Below are positions 31,161 to 42,251 of a stretch of 64,000 nucleotides of DNA, one piece after another. Each line of letters opens with the position of its first letter. Positions within the stretch are counted from its first letter, which is position 1. The DNA comes from an uncultured Pseudobdellovibrionaceae bacterium (GTDB lineage Bacteria; Bdellovibrionota; Bdellovibrionia; Bdellovibrionales; UBA1609). The DNA lies in contig CAWDNU010000004.1 of NCBI GenBank assembly GCA_963803705.1, positions 576,001-640,000 on the forward strand. Direction: 5' to 3'. A program made the position numbers and the translations under genes. The notes beneath the pieces are model-generated. The model saw only the letters and a program-made list of their open reading frames with translations, was not told the origin of the DNA and did not search any database.

Positions 31161-31631
31161 TTATAGCTCGAGTCTTTCTTTCAAAGTTTTGTCGGTCAAC
31201 TGGCTTAAGCCATTTAAAGTAGCTAAAACTGCATTATTTGGGTTACGAGTTCCAACACATTTAGTTAAGATATCTTTGATGCCCACCGACTCTAGAACTG
31301 CGCGAACAGGGCCTCCAGCGATGACACCTGTACCAGGTGCCGCTGGTCTTAAAATCACCCTAGCAGCTCCGAAAATTCCTATGACTTCATGAGGAATCGT
31401 TCTGTTGTCCTTCATGACGATTGCTTCCGCATTTTTTTTAGCAAGTCGTTCAGCCTTAGATATGGCCATTGGAACCTCATTAGACTTTCCTGTTCCAAAA
31501 CCAACTTTACCGGTCCCGTTACCAGCAACAACTAAAGCTGAGAATGAAAATCTACGTCCACCTTTAACAACTTTAGCCACCCTATTAATAGCAACAACTC
31601 TACCTTCAAATTCTTGTGATTGATCCATCAA
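31161..31631 (-). CDS. rpsE: 30S ribosomal protein S5
   Basis: [24 protein letters not shown]. Confidence 0.96.
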   Translation of the reverse strand: MMDQSQEFEGRVVAINRVAKVVKGGRRFSFSALVVAGNGTGKVGFGTGKSNEVPMAISKAERLAKKNAEAIVMKDNRTIPHEVIGIFGAARVILRPAAPGTGVIAGGPVRAVLESVGIKDILTKCVGTRNPNNAVLATLNGLSQLTDKTLKERLEL

Positions 31632-31642
31632 GTGACTCTCCC

Positions 31643-32018
31643 TTAAAATTCAAGTCCAGCTTCTCTTGCGCCATCCGCAAGAGCTTTAATACGACCGTGG
31701 TATACATAGCCACTACGATCAAAAATTATTTTAGTGATATTCTTAGACTTCGCAGCGTTAGCAATATTAGCTCACCAACTGCCTTTGCAGCGTCACAATT
31801 TGAAGTCGTTTTCAAACCTTCAACTTTATCAGATGAAAAAGAAACAAGTGTTTTACCCGCCACATCATCAACTAATTGAGCGTACATATGCTTAGAGGAT
31901 CTAAATACACTTAGCCTAGGTCTTTCAGCAGTGCCTTCAAGTTTCTTTCTAATCTGACTTTTGACTTTTGCTCTACTTTTTAAGCGATCACTCATTTTTT
32001 TTTAAATTTTAATCTCAT
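31643..32018 (-). CDS. rplR: 50S ribosomal protein L18 (frameshifted in this sequence)
   Basis: [46 protein letters not shown] in another frame. Confidence 0.9.
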
Positions 32019-32056
32019 AATAAACCTTGATCAACTTCCTAAATAAATAATAAACC

Positions 32057-32601
32057 TTACTTACCACCTGACTTACCAGCTTTTTTCTGTATAACTTCAT
32101 CTGTGTATCTAACACCTTTACCAAGATATGGCTCTGGTGGTCTGAAATCCTCTGACTTTAGCAGCGACTTGTCCGACTAATGACTTATCAGCACCTTTAA
32201 CTAGAACCGTTGTCTGTTTATCCACTGAGATTTCAATTCCGTCAGGGATAGGAAATTTAATTGGATGACTAAAACCTAAGGTTAGCTCTAGAATTTTTTC
32301 CACTGAAACGTTTGCTCTATAACCAACACCGTTTAAAGTTAGTGATTTAGTCCATCCCGTAGAAACACCAGTCATAGCATTCTGGACCAAACTTCTATAC
32401 AAACCATGCTTAGCTCTGCTTTCAGCGTCGTCTGCAGTTCTTGTGATAACAACAAAACCATCTTTAAGTTCAGCTTTGACTTTACCAGTCATAGATACAT
32501 GACTGAGTATCCTTAGCACCTTTAATAGTTAGAAGATGCTCTTTAATATCAACATTAACTTTATCTTCAACTTTTACGGGTAACTTTCCAATTCTAGACA
32601 T
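32057..32601 (-). CDS. rplF: 50S ribosomal protein L6 (frameshifted)
   Basis: MSRIGKLPV start, [25 protein letters not shown]. Confidence 0.9.
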
Positions 32602-32653
32602 AAATAACCTACCAATTAATTTTTAACTTCACCCAGCATTACTAAAACGCTGA

Positions 32654-33042
32654 TTACCAAATTTTTAACAACAATTCTCCACCAACATTTGTGTCGCTGC
32701 TTCTTCACCGCTTAAGACACCTTTATTAGTGCTTAAGATAGATATCCCATAACCATGATCTAATTTGAGGAATATCATCTTTTTTAACATAAATTCTTCT
32801 TCTTGGACGACTTACTCTTTGAATGTTAACAATAGCTGGAGTTCCCTCTTAGTGTAATTTAAGTACACTCTCATCAATCCTTGTTTACCATCTTGAGCTA
32901 CACGAAAGGTTTTAATATAGCCTTTTTCTTTCAAAATTTTAGCTATACCTTGTTTCATATTTGAACTAGGCACATCTAACTTATCATGTTTCGCTAAACC
33001 AGCGTTTCTTATTCTTGTTACGAAATCTGCAATTGTATCCAT
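32654..33042 (-). CDS. rpsH: 30S ribosomal protein S8 (frameshifted)
   Basis: MDTIADFVTRIRNA; GISILSTNKGVL. Confidence 0.9.
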
Positions 33043-33065
33043 AATTCCTCTTTACCTCAACCCAA

Positions 33066-33609
33066 TTATTTAGTTCTAAATGGCATTCCAAGACCTTCAA
33101 GAAGAGCCTTGCCTTCAGCGTCTGTCTTTGCTGATGTACAAATTGTTATATTCATTCCACGCACTTTATCTACTTTGTCGTAGCTAATTTCTGGAAAAAT
33201 AATTTGTTCTTTAATACCCATATTATAATTACCGCGACCATCAAAGCCCTTTTGGTGAAAGACCTCTAAAGTCCCTAACTCTCGGTAAAGACAAATGGAT
33301 CAATCGATCCATAAAGGTCCATGCTTTTTCACGTCTAAAGTCACCATAGAACCGATTGGCATTCCTTCTCTTAATTTAAAGTTCGCAATCGCTTTCTTAG
33401 CTTTCGTGATGACAGCTTTCTGACCAGTGATCGCAGTCAATTCATCTGCGGCAGTGTTTAAAACTTTAGGGTTTTGAACAGCATCGCTAATTGAAGTGTT
33501 GATGACGACTTTTTCAATTCTTGGAACATTCATTACGTTGTCCAAACCTAAAGCTTTTCATTAAGCTTGCTTTCAATTCATTTTCAAACTTCTTCTTACT
33601 AATACTCAT
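33066..33609 (-). CDS. rplE: 50S ribosomal protein L5 (frameshifted)
   Basis: [62 protein letters not shown]. Confidence 0.92.
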
Positions 33610-33618
33610 AAAATACTC

Positions 33619-33989
33619 CTAAATCACTTCTGGCGCTAGAGATACAATCTTAACAAAAGACTTTGCTCTTAGCTCTCTGGCTACTGGACCGAAAATACGC
33701 GTACCAACGGGTTCTTTGTTTGCGTTAACCAATACAGCAGAGTTTTCATCGAAACGAATATAACTTCCATCAGGCTCTTTTGATCTTATGAATAGTTCTG
33801 ACAATCACAGCTTTAGCGACATCGCCTTTTTTCACTTTTGAATTAGGTAAGTGCATCTTTCACAGACACAACAACAATGTCACCAACAGATGCATATCTT
33901 CGCTTAGAACCGCCTAAAACTTTGATGCACATAACTTCTTTGGCACCCGAGTTGTCAGCCACGTTCATACGACTTTGAACTTGAATCAT
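33619..33989 (-). CDS. rplN: 50S ribosomal protein L14 (frameshifted)
   Basis: [40 protein letters not shown]. Confidence 0.92.
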
Positions 33990-34269
33990 TGAGCCACCTC
34001 TTTGACCTTCAGCATTTAAGAACCGCGGACAATTTCCATCTTTTGAATTTACTCAAAGGACGGGTTTCTCTTATTCGTAACTTTATCACCAATCTTCGCT
34101 CGTTATTTTCATCGTGAGCCATAAATACAGAAGTTCTTTTTCATATATTTCTGGTACTTAGGATGCTTAACAAGTCTAAAGATCTTAACTTTATTGAGTT
34201 TATTCATTTTGTCGCTAACGACTTCACCAACAAACTTCAATTTTTCTACCGCGGTTATTTTCAGTTCAT
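33990..34269 (-). CDS. rpsQ: 30S ribosomal protein S17 (frameshifted, 3' end approximate)
   Basis: [33 protein letters not shown] fragments. Confidence 0.85.
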
Positions 34270-34284
34270 TAATTTTAGCTCCTA

Positions 34285-34478
34285 TTACTTCGCTAGCTTT
34301 TGGTTGATCGCTGTTTTCAGTTTAGCAATATTTCTTCGAGCCGTACGAATACTCAAAGGGTTGGCGATCTTGACCCAAAGGGTTTTTCATTTTGAGCATG
34401 AAATATTCTTCTTTAACGAGATCTTTCTTTCTTTCTTAATTCATCAACTGTTAAATCTTTAATTTCAGAAAATTTCAT
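34285..34478 (-). CDS. rpmC: 50S ribosomal protein L29 (frameshifted)
   Basis: [14 protein letters not shown]...ANPLSIRTARRNIAKLKTAI. Confidence 0.85.
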
Positions 34479-34894
34479 TACATACCTTCCTTAGCGAGGA
34501 ATTTAGTTTTTAACGGTAAGTTTGTGTGCCGCCAGTCTAAAAGCTTCTTGAGCTTGTTCTCTCGTCACACCGTTCATTTCGAACAAAATTCGACCTGGTT
34601 TAACTGGAGCAACCCAAAACTCAACACTTCCTTTACCCGAACCCATTCTAACTTCAGCAGGTTTTTTGGTAATTGGACGATCTGGAAAGACACGTAATCC
34701 ATAAGCTTACCGCCTCTTTTAACATATCTATTAATGGCAATACGACCAGCTTCCAACTGACGAGCAGTAATTCTACCTGGCTCAGTCGTTAAAAGCGCAA
34801 AGTCACCAAAACTGATCAGTGTCCCACGAGTTGCTTTACCTTTGATACGACCTTTTCTATGTTTTCTCCATTTAAATTTCTTAGGACTAAGCAC
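34478..34894 (-). CDS. rplP: 50S ribosomal protein L16 (frameshifted)
   Basis: [34 protein letters not shown]. Confidence 0.92.
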
Positions 34895-35546
34895 GACCGG
34901 CCTCCTCTGCTTCTCTCATTGAAAGGACGTCACCACGGTAGATCCAAACTTTCACACCAAGAATACCGTAAGTAGTTGCTGCTTCAGCGGTTCCATAATC
35001 AATATCAGCTCTCAAAGTATGTAAAGGAACACTTTTTTCGTTGTACCATTCAGACCTAGCAATCTCTGCACCATCTAAACTGACCACCAACTTGAACTTT
35101 AATACCACGAACTCCGCCACGTAGTAGATGCTGCTATGGCTTTTTTCAAGGCTCTTCTCCAGGAGATACGTTTTTCTAACTGCATAGCAATGTTGGCCGC
35201 AACTAGTTGAGCATCCAAATCTGGCTTTCCTTACTTCTTGAATACTAACAAAAACTTCACTTTTACTAAATTTTTGAAGTTCTAATCTGATTTTGTCGAT
35301 GCCTGCACCTTTCTTACCGATAACAACACCTGGTCTCGCTGTAGAAATGATAACTTTGACTTTCTGAGCAGCTCTCTCGATTTCAACTTTAGCAACACCA
35401 GCTTGCTTTAAGCTCTTTTGAATGTATGAGCGGAATTTAATATCCTCATGAAGATTCTTTGCATAATCTGCATTTGCATACCATCTAGAGTCCCATGTTC
35501 TAATGACACCAACTCTTAAACTGATTGGATTTACTTTCTGTCCCAT
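34887..35546 (-). CDS. rpsC: 30S ribosomal protein S3 (internal compensating frameshifts)
   Basis: [36 protein letters not shown]; middle part out of frame. Confidence 0.92.
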   Translation of the reverse strand: MGQKVNPISLRVGVIRTWDSRWYANADYAKNLHEDIKFRSYIQKSLKQAGVAKVEIERAAQKVKVIISTARPGVVIGKKGAGIDKIRLELQKFSKSEVFVSIQEVRKARFGCSTSCGQHCYAVRKTYLLEKSLEKSHSSIYYVAEFVVLKFKLVVSLDGAEIARSEWYNEKSVPLHTLRADIDYGTAEAATTYGILGVKVWIYRGDVLSMREAEEAGRA

Positions 35547-35559
35547 ACTAAAACCGCCC

Positions 35560-35895
35560 TTACTGTTCGTCCAAAGTAACTGAAATATGACTCATTTTCT
35601 TCAAAATTTGAGAAGCACTACCTTTTCCACGTGGTCGTGACCTTTTCAAATGCGGACCTTTATTCACTTCAATTGTTTTTACATATAAATTATCGACATC
35701 AATGACTTTCTTTTGTTCAGCGTTAGCAACACCAGACTCGATCAAGTTTCATAATCATGTCAGCACCTTTCTTTGGCATAAAAGCAAGTGTCTTCAGTGC
35801 TTCGTTAACATTTTTTCCACGAACAGCAATCAGCCACTAATCTAGCTTTCTGTGTTCCTATTCTCGCAAATTTTAAGTTGTGCTTTAACTTCCAT
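35560..35895 (-). CDS. rplV: 50S ribosomal protein L22 (frameshifted)
   Basis: ANAEQ...DVDNLYV...GPHLKRSRPRGKG...SHISV. Confidence 0.9.
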
Positions 35896-35931
35896 ATTCA
35901 ATCCTTAATCTCTGAGTATTTTCACAGAACC

Positions 35932-36203
35932 TTATTTTTTCTTGTTATCGCCATGACCTTTATAAATTCTTGTCGGAGCAAATTCTCCAAATTTATGACC
36001 AACCATATTATCTGATACAAAAACTGGAACAAATTTTTTCCCATTATGAACAGCAAAAGTTAGACCCGAACATTCCGGTGTTACAGTCGATCTACGTGAC
36101 CAAGTTTTAATTACTTTTTTGTCCCCAGTTTCTAATTGCATTATCTAATCTTTTTTGTAAGATGCTCATCAACAAAAGGACCTTTTTTTAACGATCTAGC
36201 CAT
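35932..36203 (-). CDS. rpsS: 30S ribosomal protein S19 (frameshifted)
   Basis: [38 protein letters not shown]. Confidence 0.92.
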
Positions 36204-36212
36204 TTAACTCTC

Positions 36213-37041
36213 CTACTTCTTAGTTCTTCTCTTAATAATCATTGAATTTGTCTTCTTGTTTTTTCTAGTCTTATATCCCTTACAAGGCTGACCCCAAGGA
36301 GACACCGGATGATGACCTTTACCAACACCTTCACCACCACCGAGAGGGTGATCGATTGGGTTCATGACCATACCACGAACAGAAGGACGTTTTCCCATCC
36401 AACGCTTTCGACCTGCTTTACCAATTTTGATGTTTTCACTGTCAGTATTTCCAACTTGTCCAATAGAAGCTCTGCAAGTAGAAAGAATTTGTCTCACCTC
36501 ACCACTTGGTAGTTTTACTTGGCAGTACTTTCCAGTTTTTGCAACGAAGTTAGCAGAAGTTCCAGCACCTCGACACAATTGAGCGCCTTTACCAGGTCTC
36601 AATTTCAACGTTGTGAATAATTGTCCCAACAGGAATGGCATGTCAAAGTCAGATTATTACCCGGCTTTGATATCAGCAGTGTCGCTGGAAATCACTTTAT
36701 CGCCAACGTTAAGCTTTACCGGGGCTATATATATAGCTTTTCTCTCCATCTATGTAGGAAAGCAATGCAATACGTGCATTACGGTTTGGATCATATTCAA
36801 TCGATTTTACAGTTGCAGGAATGTCAAACTTATACCGTTTGAAATCGATAACGCGGTAACGCCTTTTATGACCGCCACCAATGTGTCTCATGGTTATCTG
36901 TCCATGGTTGTTCCGAGCTGCTTTTTTATTTAATGGCTCGGTCAAACTCTTTTCAGGTTGGCTTTTGGTAATCTCAGCAAAATCAGAGACTGAACGATTT
37001 CGTAAGCTGTTGTTTCTAGGTCTTAAAACACGGATACCCAT
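36213..37041 (-). CDS. rplB: 50S ribosomal protein L2 (frameshifted)
   Basis: [44 protein letters not shown]. Confidence 0.93.
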
Positions 37042-37044
37042 TTA

Positions 37045-37324
37045 TTACGCTCCCTCAAATAGTGTGATTTTTTCACCGGGCTTAAGCTTAATCAAAGCTT
37101 TCTTCCAGTACTTGGGCTTAGTTGAGCCGTGAGTAGTTCTTTTAGAACGCCCACGACACACTATAGTTTTCACAGATTCCACTTTTACATCAAAATGCTT
37201 TTCGAAATTAGACTTAATTTCAGTTTTGGTAGCTCTTTCTATCTACTTCAAAGCCATAAATCCCAACTTCAGATAAAGCTGTCAGTTTTTCAGAGATTAA
37301 GGGTTTTTTTATTGCGTTTAACAT
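37045..37324 (-). CDS. rplW: 50S ribosomal protein L23 (frameshifted; not in ORF track)
   Basis: KPLISEK, ATKTEIK, FDVKV, WKKALIKLKPGEKI fragments between rplD and rplB. Confidence 0.85.
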
Positions 37325-37325
37325 A

Positions 37326-37952
37326 TCAAACCTCCACACCAAGTCTTTTCTGGACTTGATCTATAGAGTTTTTTTCGAAAATTACATGATTATATTTCAG
37401 CAGATCAAAAACATTTAAACCTTCTGTTGAAAGGTATAGACATTTTTTTAAATTACCTGAGGCACGTTTCATCAAATTACCCTTATCATTACCAACAATA
37501 AGAGTTTTCTCAGTGCCCATAGTTTTCAAAGCTTCAGCCATTTCTTTTGTTTTACCTGAGCAGTCCAACGTATCCACGACCTTAACTTTGCCTTCAGAAT
37601 AAAGGTAAGAAAGAGCTGACTTAAGGCCGGAAGCTCTTACTTTTTTAGGTAAAGAATAAGAATAGTCTCTTGGCGTCGGTCCAAAAATAACACCACCTCC
37701 ACGAATTAGGGGTGAACGAGTTGAACCTCTACGGGCATTTCCGGTGCCTTTTTGCTTATAAGGCTTAATACCACCGCCACTGACAAGGCCTTTCGATTTA
37801 GCCATATGCGTACCTTGCCTTCTACAAGCCAACTGCCATTTAACAACCGTCTGCATAAGCTCTATATTTACAGGCTTTTCAAAAACCTCAGGAGACAAGT
37901 CCATGGATTCCACTTTCTTATTTTTCCAATTTAATACATCTACTGTAGCCAT
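37326..37952 (-). CDS. rplD: 50S ribosomal protein L4
   Basis: RQGTH, KPYKQKGTGNARRGS, GGGVIFGP. Confidence 0.96.
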   Translation of the reverse strand: MATVDVLNWKNKKVESMDLSPEVFEKPVNIELMQTVVKWQLACRRQGTHMAKSKGLVSGGGIKPYKQKGTGNARRGSTRSPLIRGGGVIFGPTPRDYSYSLPKKVRASGLKSALSYLYSEGKVKVVDTLDCSGKTKEMAEALKTMGTEKTLIVGNDKGNLMKRASGNLKKCLYLSTEGLNVFDLLKYNHVIFEKNSIDQVQKRLGVEV

Positions 37953-37967
37953 AAAATCCTCTTTAAA

Positions 37968-38696
37968 CTAAATTTTTCTAAACTCGACCAGTGTGTTTTT
38001 AGCTCCAGGAATTGCTCCCTTAACTAGCAAGACATTTTCATCTAACAAAATATCAACAACTTCTAGTCCTTTGACTGTAATTTTCTTGTTTCCGTACTGA
38101 CCGGCCATCTTTTTACCCGGCATAACTCGACCAGGGAACTCGCACATACCAATTGAACCAGGACGTCTGTGAAACCCAGAACCATGAGTAGCAGGTCCGC
38201 CGCCGAAATTGTATCTTTTCACAACACCTGAAAAGCCTTTCCCTTTCGAGATTGAAGAGACTTGTAAAATATCGCCCTTTTCAAAAGCTGTAAGATCTAC
38301 TTTTTGGCCTAAAACAGCACCCTCTGGAAGAGCTTGCCTAACTTCACTACAGTATCTCATGCCAGTTTCAAAACCAGATTTTTTGTAGTGACCAATCTCT
38401 GCTTTCAAAGAGCTTTTAAGTTTTTTAGGAAGGCCTGAAATTTGAATAGCTTCATATCCATCCATATCTTTTGTTTTAATTTGAGTGACTGTCCAAGGAG
38501 AACACTCAAGCACAGTGACCGGAACACGCACGCCTTCTTCAGTGTAAATTGAAGTCATACCTGATTTGACACCGAAGAAACCACCTAACTTAAGAGCAGA
38601 TGATGTATCTGCAGTTTTAGTTTCGTTATTTTCTGCAACTGGTGATGTACTTTCAGGTGCAATTTCTTTTACTGTTTCATTGTTATCTTGAGACAT
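37968..38696 (-). CDS. rplC: 50S ribosomal protein L3 with N-terminal extension
   Basis: KSGMT, GYEAIQ, SKGKGFSG, HRRPGSIG, GAIPG. Confidence 0.96.
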   Translation of the reverse strand: MSQDNNETVKEIAPESTSPVAENNETKTADTSSALKLGGFFGVKSGMTSIYTEEGVRVPVTVLECSPWTVTQIKTKDMDGYEAIQISGLPKKLKSSLKAEIGHYKKSGFETGMRYCSEVRQALPEGAVLGQKVDLTAFEKGDILQVSSISKGKGFSGVVKRYNFGGGPATHGSGFHRRPGSIGMCEFPGRVMPGKKMAGQYGNKKITVKGLEVVDILLDENVLLVKGAIPGAKNTLVEFRKI

Positions 38697-38726
38697 AAAA
38701 TCCTCTTTAAATTAGTCGAAGTATCT

Positions 38727-39044
38727 TTAAGAAAGTTTAATTTCCACATCTACACCAGCTGATAGATCAAGCTTCATAAGCTGATCAACAGTTTGCTGTG
38801 TTGGGTCAAGTATATCTAAAAGTCTTTTGTGAGTTCTAATTTCAAACTGTTCTCGTGATTTTTTATCAACGTGAGGAGATCTTAAAACAGTGTACTTATT
38901 TATACGCGTTGGGAGTGGAATTGGACCAGCAACGCTTGCTCCGGTTCTTTGTGCTGTTTCTACAATTTCCTTTGTAGATTGATCCAAAAGCTTATGATCA
39001 AAGGCCCTTAAACGAATTCTAATTTTTTGATTTTGCACTCTCAA
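38727..39044 (-). CDS. rpsJ: 30S ribosomal protein S10
   Basis: [30 protein letters not shown]. Confidence 0.97.
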   Translation of the reverse strand: MRVQNQKIRIRLRAFDHKLLDQSTKEIVETAQRTGASVAGPIPLPTRINKYTVLRSPHVDKKSREQFEIRTHKRLLDILDPTQQTVDQLMKLDLSAGVDVEIKLS

Positions 39045-39167
39045 CCTCTTGATTTATTTAAGATTTTTACTTATCTTGCTATATTCAATTTTAAAATAAA
39101 CTTTAATAATAAGACTCTCTATATTTACCACTCAAAAAATACCATAAACTTTTAAGGCGCAAAAAAA

Positions 39168-39228
39168 GTGTATCTCAAAAACCCTATCAGTTGGCGTGAA
39201 AGCCCTTAATGAGGTTTTTGCAATACAC
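39168..39228 (-). promoter_or_regulatory. Structured leader upstream of the S10 operon (putative)
   Basis: GTGTAT/ATACAC and CAAAAACC/GGTTTTTG pairings; minus-strand TTGACA at 39264-39269 upstream. Confidence 0.45.
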
Positions 39229-39397
39229 GAAAGAACCATTGTTTTGCTAATAATTAGCCGGTTTGTCAACAAAGTGGGTGAAATAATTCAAGAAACCAGA
39301 TTTATTTTTGGTAGAGAATTTGAAACTTGGTGTAGTACTGTAATTAGCCAATAAATAAAGCTATTTAGCGCTTCCAACCTAGAGGTTAAAAGCTTTT

Positions 39398-42196
39398 TTA
39401 TAACTTATTCGATGAGGTTGTGGTGTAGTTCTTATCCAGAATTCTTGGGGTCACAAAGATCATTATTTCTGTGTCCCTTTTGGAAACCTGCTTAGTTTTA
39501 AAGAGCCAACCAATTAACGGTATATTTTTGAGTATTGGGACGCCAACGTTTATGATTGACGAGCTTTTATCAAAGATTCCACCGATCACGGCTGTTTTGT
39601 TGCTCTCTACCAAGACTTTCGCGACTGCTTGTCTTGTGTTTTTGGGAGAAAGATCGTTTACAGCATCCCCTGGAAATTCATTCTTCACATCTAGTTGCAT
39701 CAGCACACTAGAGCCAGAGGTGATTTGAGGGGTCACTTTCAGCTCTAATGCTATTGGTACGGCCACTGGTGTAATCTGAGCTGGGGCACCCGGTGTTATA
39801 ATGCTTTGTAATCTAATAATCTCTGAGCTTTGGGTTATAGTTGCCTGTACATTATTTAGGGTTGTAACTCTTGGAGACGAGATGATTCTAATTTGAGAGT
39901 CTGTTTCTGAAATACCCATAGCAGCATCGATACTTCCAAAAAAGTCTAGGACACCAAAATTAAAACCACCAGAGAAAGGTTGGCCATCTACCACACTTCC
40001 TGAAGCTAGAGTTCCGTTAATCTGAAATCTAGGAGTTACATTAATAGGTTGACCATTAGTCCCGCCGGTCGGAGACACTTGAGTATTAACCCCTGTAGCA
40101 CCCCAACGTATACCTAGGCTTTGTGCAAAAATTTTAGTAGCCTCAACAATCTTTGCTTCAACTAAAACTTGAGGTGGAGGAAGATCTAACTCTCTGATTA
40201 GTTGAGACACCTTTTTCACAACAGATTTTGTATCGTTTATCACGATACTTGAAGTTCTTTTATCTTCAGTTGCTGTCCCCCGATCCTTCGTTAAAAATGG
40301 AGTCACTTGCGGCAAAATTTCAGATGAAGTCGCGTATTCAAGAGGAATGATCTTTAAAATAGTAGCTTCTACTTGGATTTGAGACTGACGAACGGCTACG
40401 GCTGCCAAAGCTTCTTTTTGTAAATCATCTAAAGGCGCAATTCGTAAAACATTACCTGTGCGAACGTAACCTAAGCCTTTAGTTTTCATTATGGTTAATA
40501 GAGCCTGATCCCAGGGCACGTTCCTTAATTTGATTGTTATTTTACCTGTAACGCCGGGAGCTATCACAATATTTGCCCCAGAATAGTCGGCTATAAAACC
40601 GATCACAGTCCCAATTTCTTCTTCGTTCACTTGAAGATTAATTGGGTCTCCATAGAATGTTCCAGTCTCTAGCAAAAACTCTTCAAGGGAAGACGCAGAT
40701 AAAGTTTTTTCGCCTTCCTGGCTTGCCGTCATAGGAATATTTAGGTTTTTGCTTATTACAGCTGTGACACTACCATTAGGGTTAAGCTGAACCGAATCTG
40801 AAACTTTAGATATTTTTCCAGCTATCGCATCAGTCCCAGGACTAATTATTAACTCTTTACCATTAGTAAGAACGTTAGGCTCTTTATCGTTGTTAACTTT
40901 TACTACGATCTGCACAAGACCGCCACTCACGGGAGTCGCTTTTACAGCTCCAAAACTTTGTTCAAAATCTTTCAAGTATAACGGGCGTTGTAAGATACTT
41001 GGCACAGTAATATTTTGGAGGTTTACAATATACTGAGATGATGACGGCTCATACTGCGTAGAAAATAAAATTGGTTTTTCTGCTTTAAGGACAATCACGC
41101 CGTCAGTGTTCTGAGAGTTGTACTCTAGAATAGTTAACTTGTTTTGCTCGAATTCATTTTCGACTGTCAGTAGGTCACCGCTGATAGGGTTGTCGATAAC
41201 ATCTGCAAAGTCTTCGGTGAGTCCATCTTCAAAAACATCGTTAGAATTTGACGAATCCTCGAAAAGCTCATCAGCCAACAAACTATCTGATTCTTTATTA
41301 GGTAGCACGCCTGAAGGTTCATCGCTAAAGTCAGACACATCACCAAATTCTTCAAATCCATCTAGCTCATCGTTTCCAAAACCTTCGAAGTCTTTTTCAG
41401 GCTTAGTAGCCTGCAAATTCTCATCAATGAAAAGTTCATCCTCTGCACCTAAAATCGACTCACCTGACTTGTTTAATCCTGCCGAAAGATCTGAGTCTGA
41501 GTCTAAATCTAGTTCAGAGTCTGTTACCAACTCGCTGTCAGAGTCAAAACTGTCGTCTAGATCTTCACTCAGAAAATCTGCGAAGGGATCTTTGTTCGTA
41601 TCATTAATGTCATTTGTAACAAAATTTTCAGGTGCACCTGAAACGCTATCTTCTTCGAAATCACTGAATGGGTCTGCGCCATTGTCAGCTGTTGACGGAT
41701 TTAGTTCTAAATTATCCTGGGTAAGATCAAAGTCTTCCTCTAATTCGTTATCAAATTCGCTATCTAATTCGTCGCTTAACTCTGCATCTGAAAAGTTCTC
41801 TAATTCATTTGCAGCTAGATCACCTGAAAAGCTTTCATCGTCGAAATCAAAGTCGTTATTTGAATTTTTGCCATCAATTGTATTTTCGCTCTCCAGAGCA
41901 GCTAAATCTGAATCATCAAAATCTAATTCACTATCATCAAAAGCTAAATCATCACCGTCTTCCAGGCTTGTCTCTTCACCGAGAGCCAATTCACTGTCAT
42001 CAAAATTTTCGAAATCTTCATCCGATAAATCTTCAGTGTCAAAATCTGCTAGCTCATCGTCGACATCTGGAAAAGATTCATCGATTGTCTGCACATTTTG
42101 AGACTCGCCTCTTGTAGTCAAAGAGTTACTGCATGAGGTTAAACCCAAAGAACAGATTAAAACTAAAGTGTATAAAAATCTTAGATGGGAGGTCAT
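39398..42196 (-). CDS. pilQ: Type IV pilus secretin PilQ with lipoprotein signal and long acidic N-terminal region
   Basis: ATG 42196 after AAGGAG, LGLTSC lipobox; VPWDQAL, QVLVEAKIVEA, SSPRVTT, LKVTPQIT, VPILKNIPLIGWLFK, IFVTPRI. Confidence 0.92.
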   Translation of the reverse strand: MTSHLRFLYTLVLICSLGLTSCSNSLTTRGESQNVQTIDESFPDVDDELADFDTEDLSDEDFENFDDSELALGEETSLEDGDDLAFDDSELDFDDSDLAALESENTIDGKNSNNDFDFDDESFSGDLAANELENFSDAELSDELDSEFDNELEEDFDLTQDNLELNPSTADNGADPFSDFEEDSVSGAPENFVTNDINDTNKDPFADFLSEDLDDSFDSDSELVTDSELDLDSDSDLSAGLNKSGESILGAEDELFIDENLQATKPEKDFEGFGNDELDGFEEFGDVSDFSDEPSGVLPNKESDSLLADELFEDSSNSNDVFEDGLTEDFADVIDNPISGDLLTVENEFEQNKLTILEYNSQNTDGVIVLKAEKPILFSTQYEPSSSQYIVNLQNITVPSILQRPLYLKDFEQSFGAVKATPVSGGLVQIVVKVNNDKEPNVLTNGKELIISPGTDAIAGKISKVSDSVQLNPNGSVTAVISKNLNIPMTASQEGEKTLSASSLEEFLLETGTFYGDPINLQVNEEEIGTVIGFIADYSGANIVIAPGVTGKITIKLRNVPWDQALLTIMKTKGLGYVRTGNVLRIAPLDDLQKEALAAVAVRQSQIQVEATILKIIPLEYATSSEILPQVTPFLTKDRGTATEDKRTSSIVINDTKSVVKKVSQLIRELDLPPPQVLVEAKIVEATKIFAQSLGIRWGATGVNTQVSPTGGTNGQPINVTPRFQINGTLASGSVVDGQPFSGGFNFGVLDFFGSIDAAMGISETDSQIRIISSPRVTTLNNVQATITQSSEIIRLQSIITPGAPAQITPVAVPIALELKVTPQITSGSSVLMQLDVKNEFPGDAVNDLSPKNTRQAVAKVLVESNKTAVIGGIFDKSSSIINVGVPILKNIPLIGWLFKTKQVSKRDTEIMIFVTPRILDKNYTTTSSNKL

Positions 42197-42251
42197 CCAT
42201 GACTCCTTTGTTACATATGGTAGTGTATATTGGATTTTAAAATTTAAAAAG

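Noticed and set aside
31643..37324. Ribosomal protein genes as true pseudogenes or programmed frameshifts
   Set aside because: Essential genes with otherwise conserved sequence; scattered indels confined to one block fit consensus error.
25910..37934. Numerous short ORFs overlapping ribosomal, rpoA and secY genes
   Set aside because: Antisense or alternate-frame shadows of conserved genes.
41118..42101. 327-aa Ser-rich ORF on the plus strand
   Set aside because: Antisense shadow of the Asp/Glu-rich pilQ codons.
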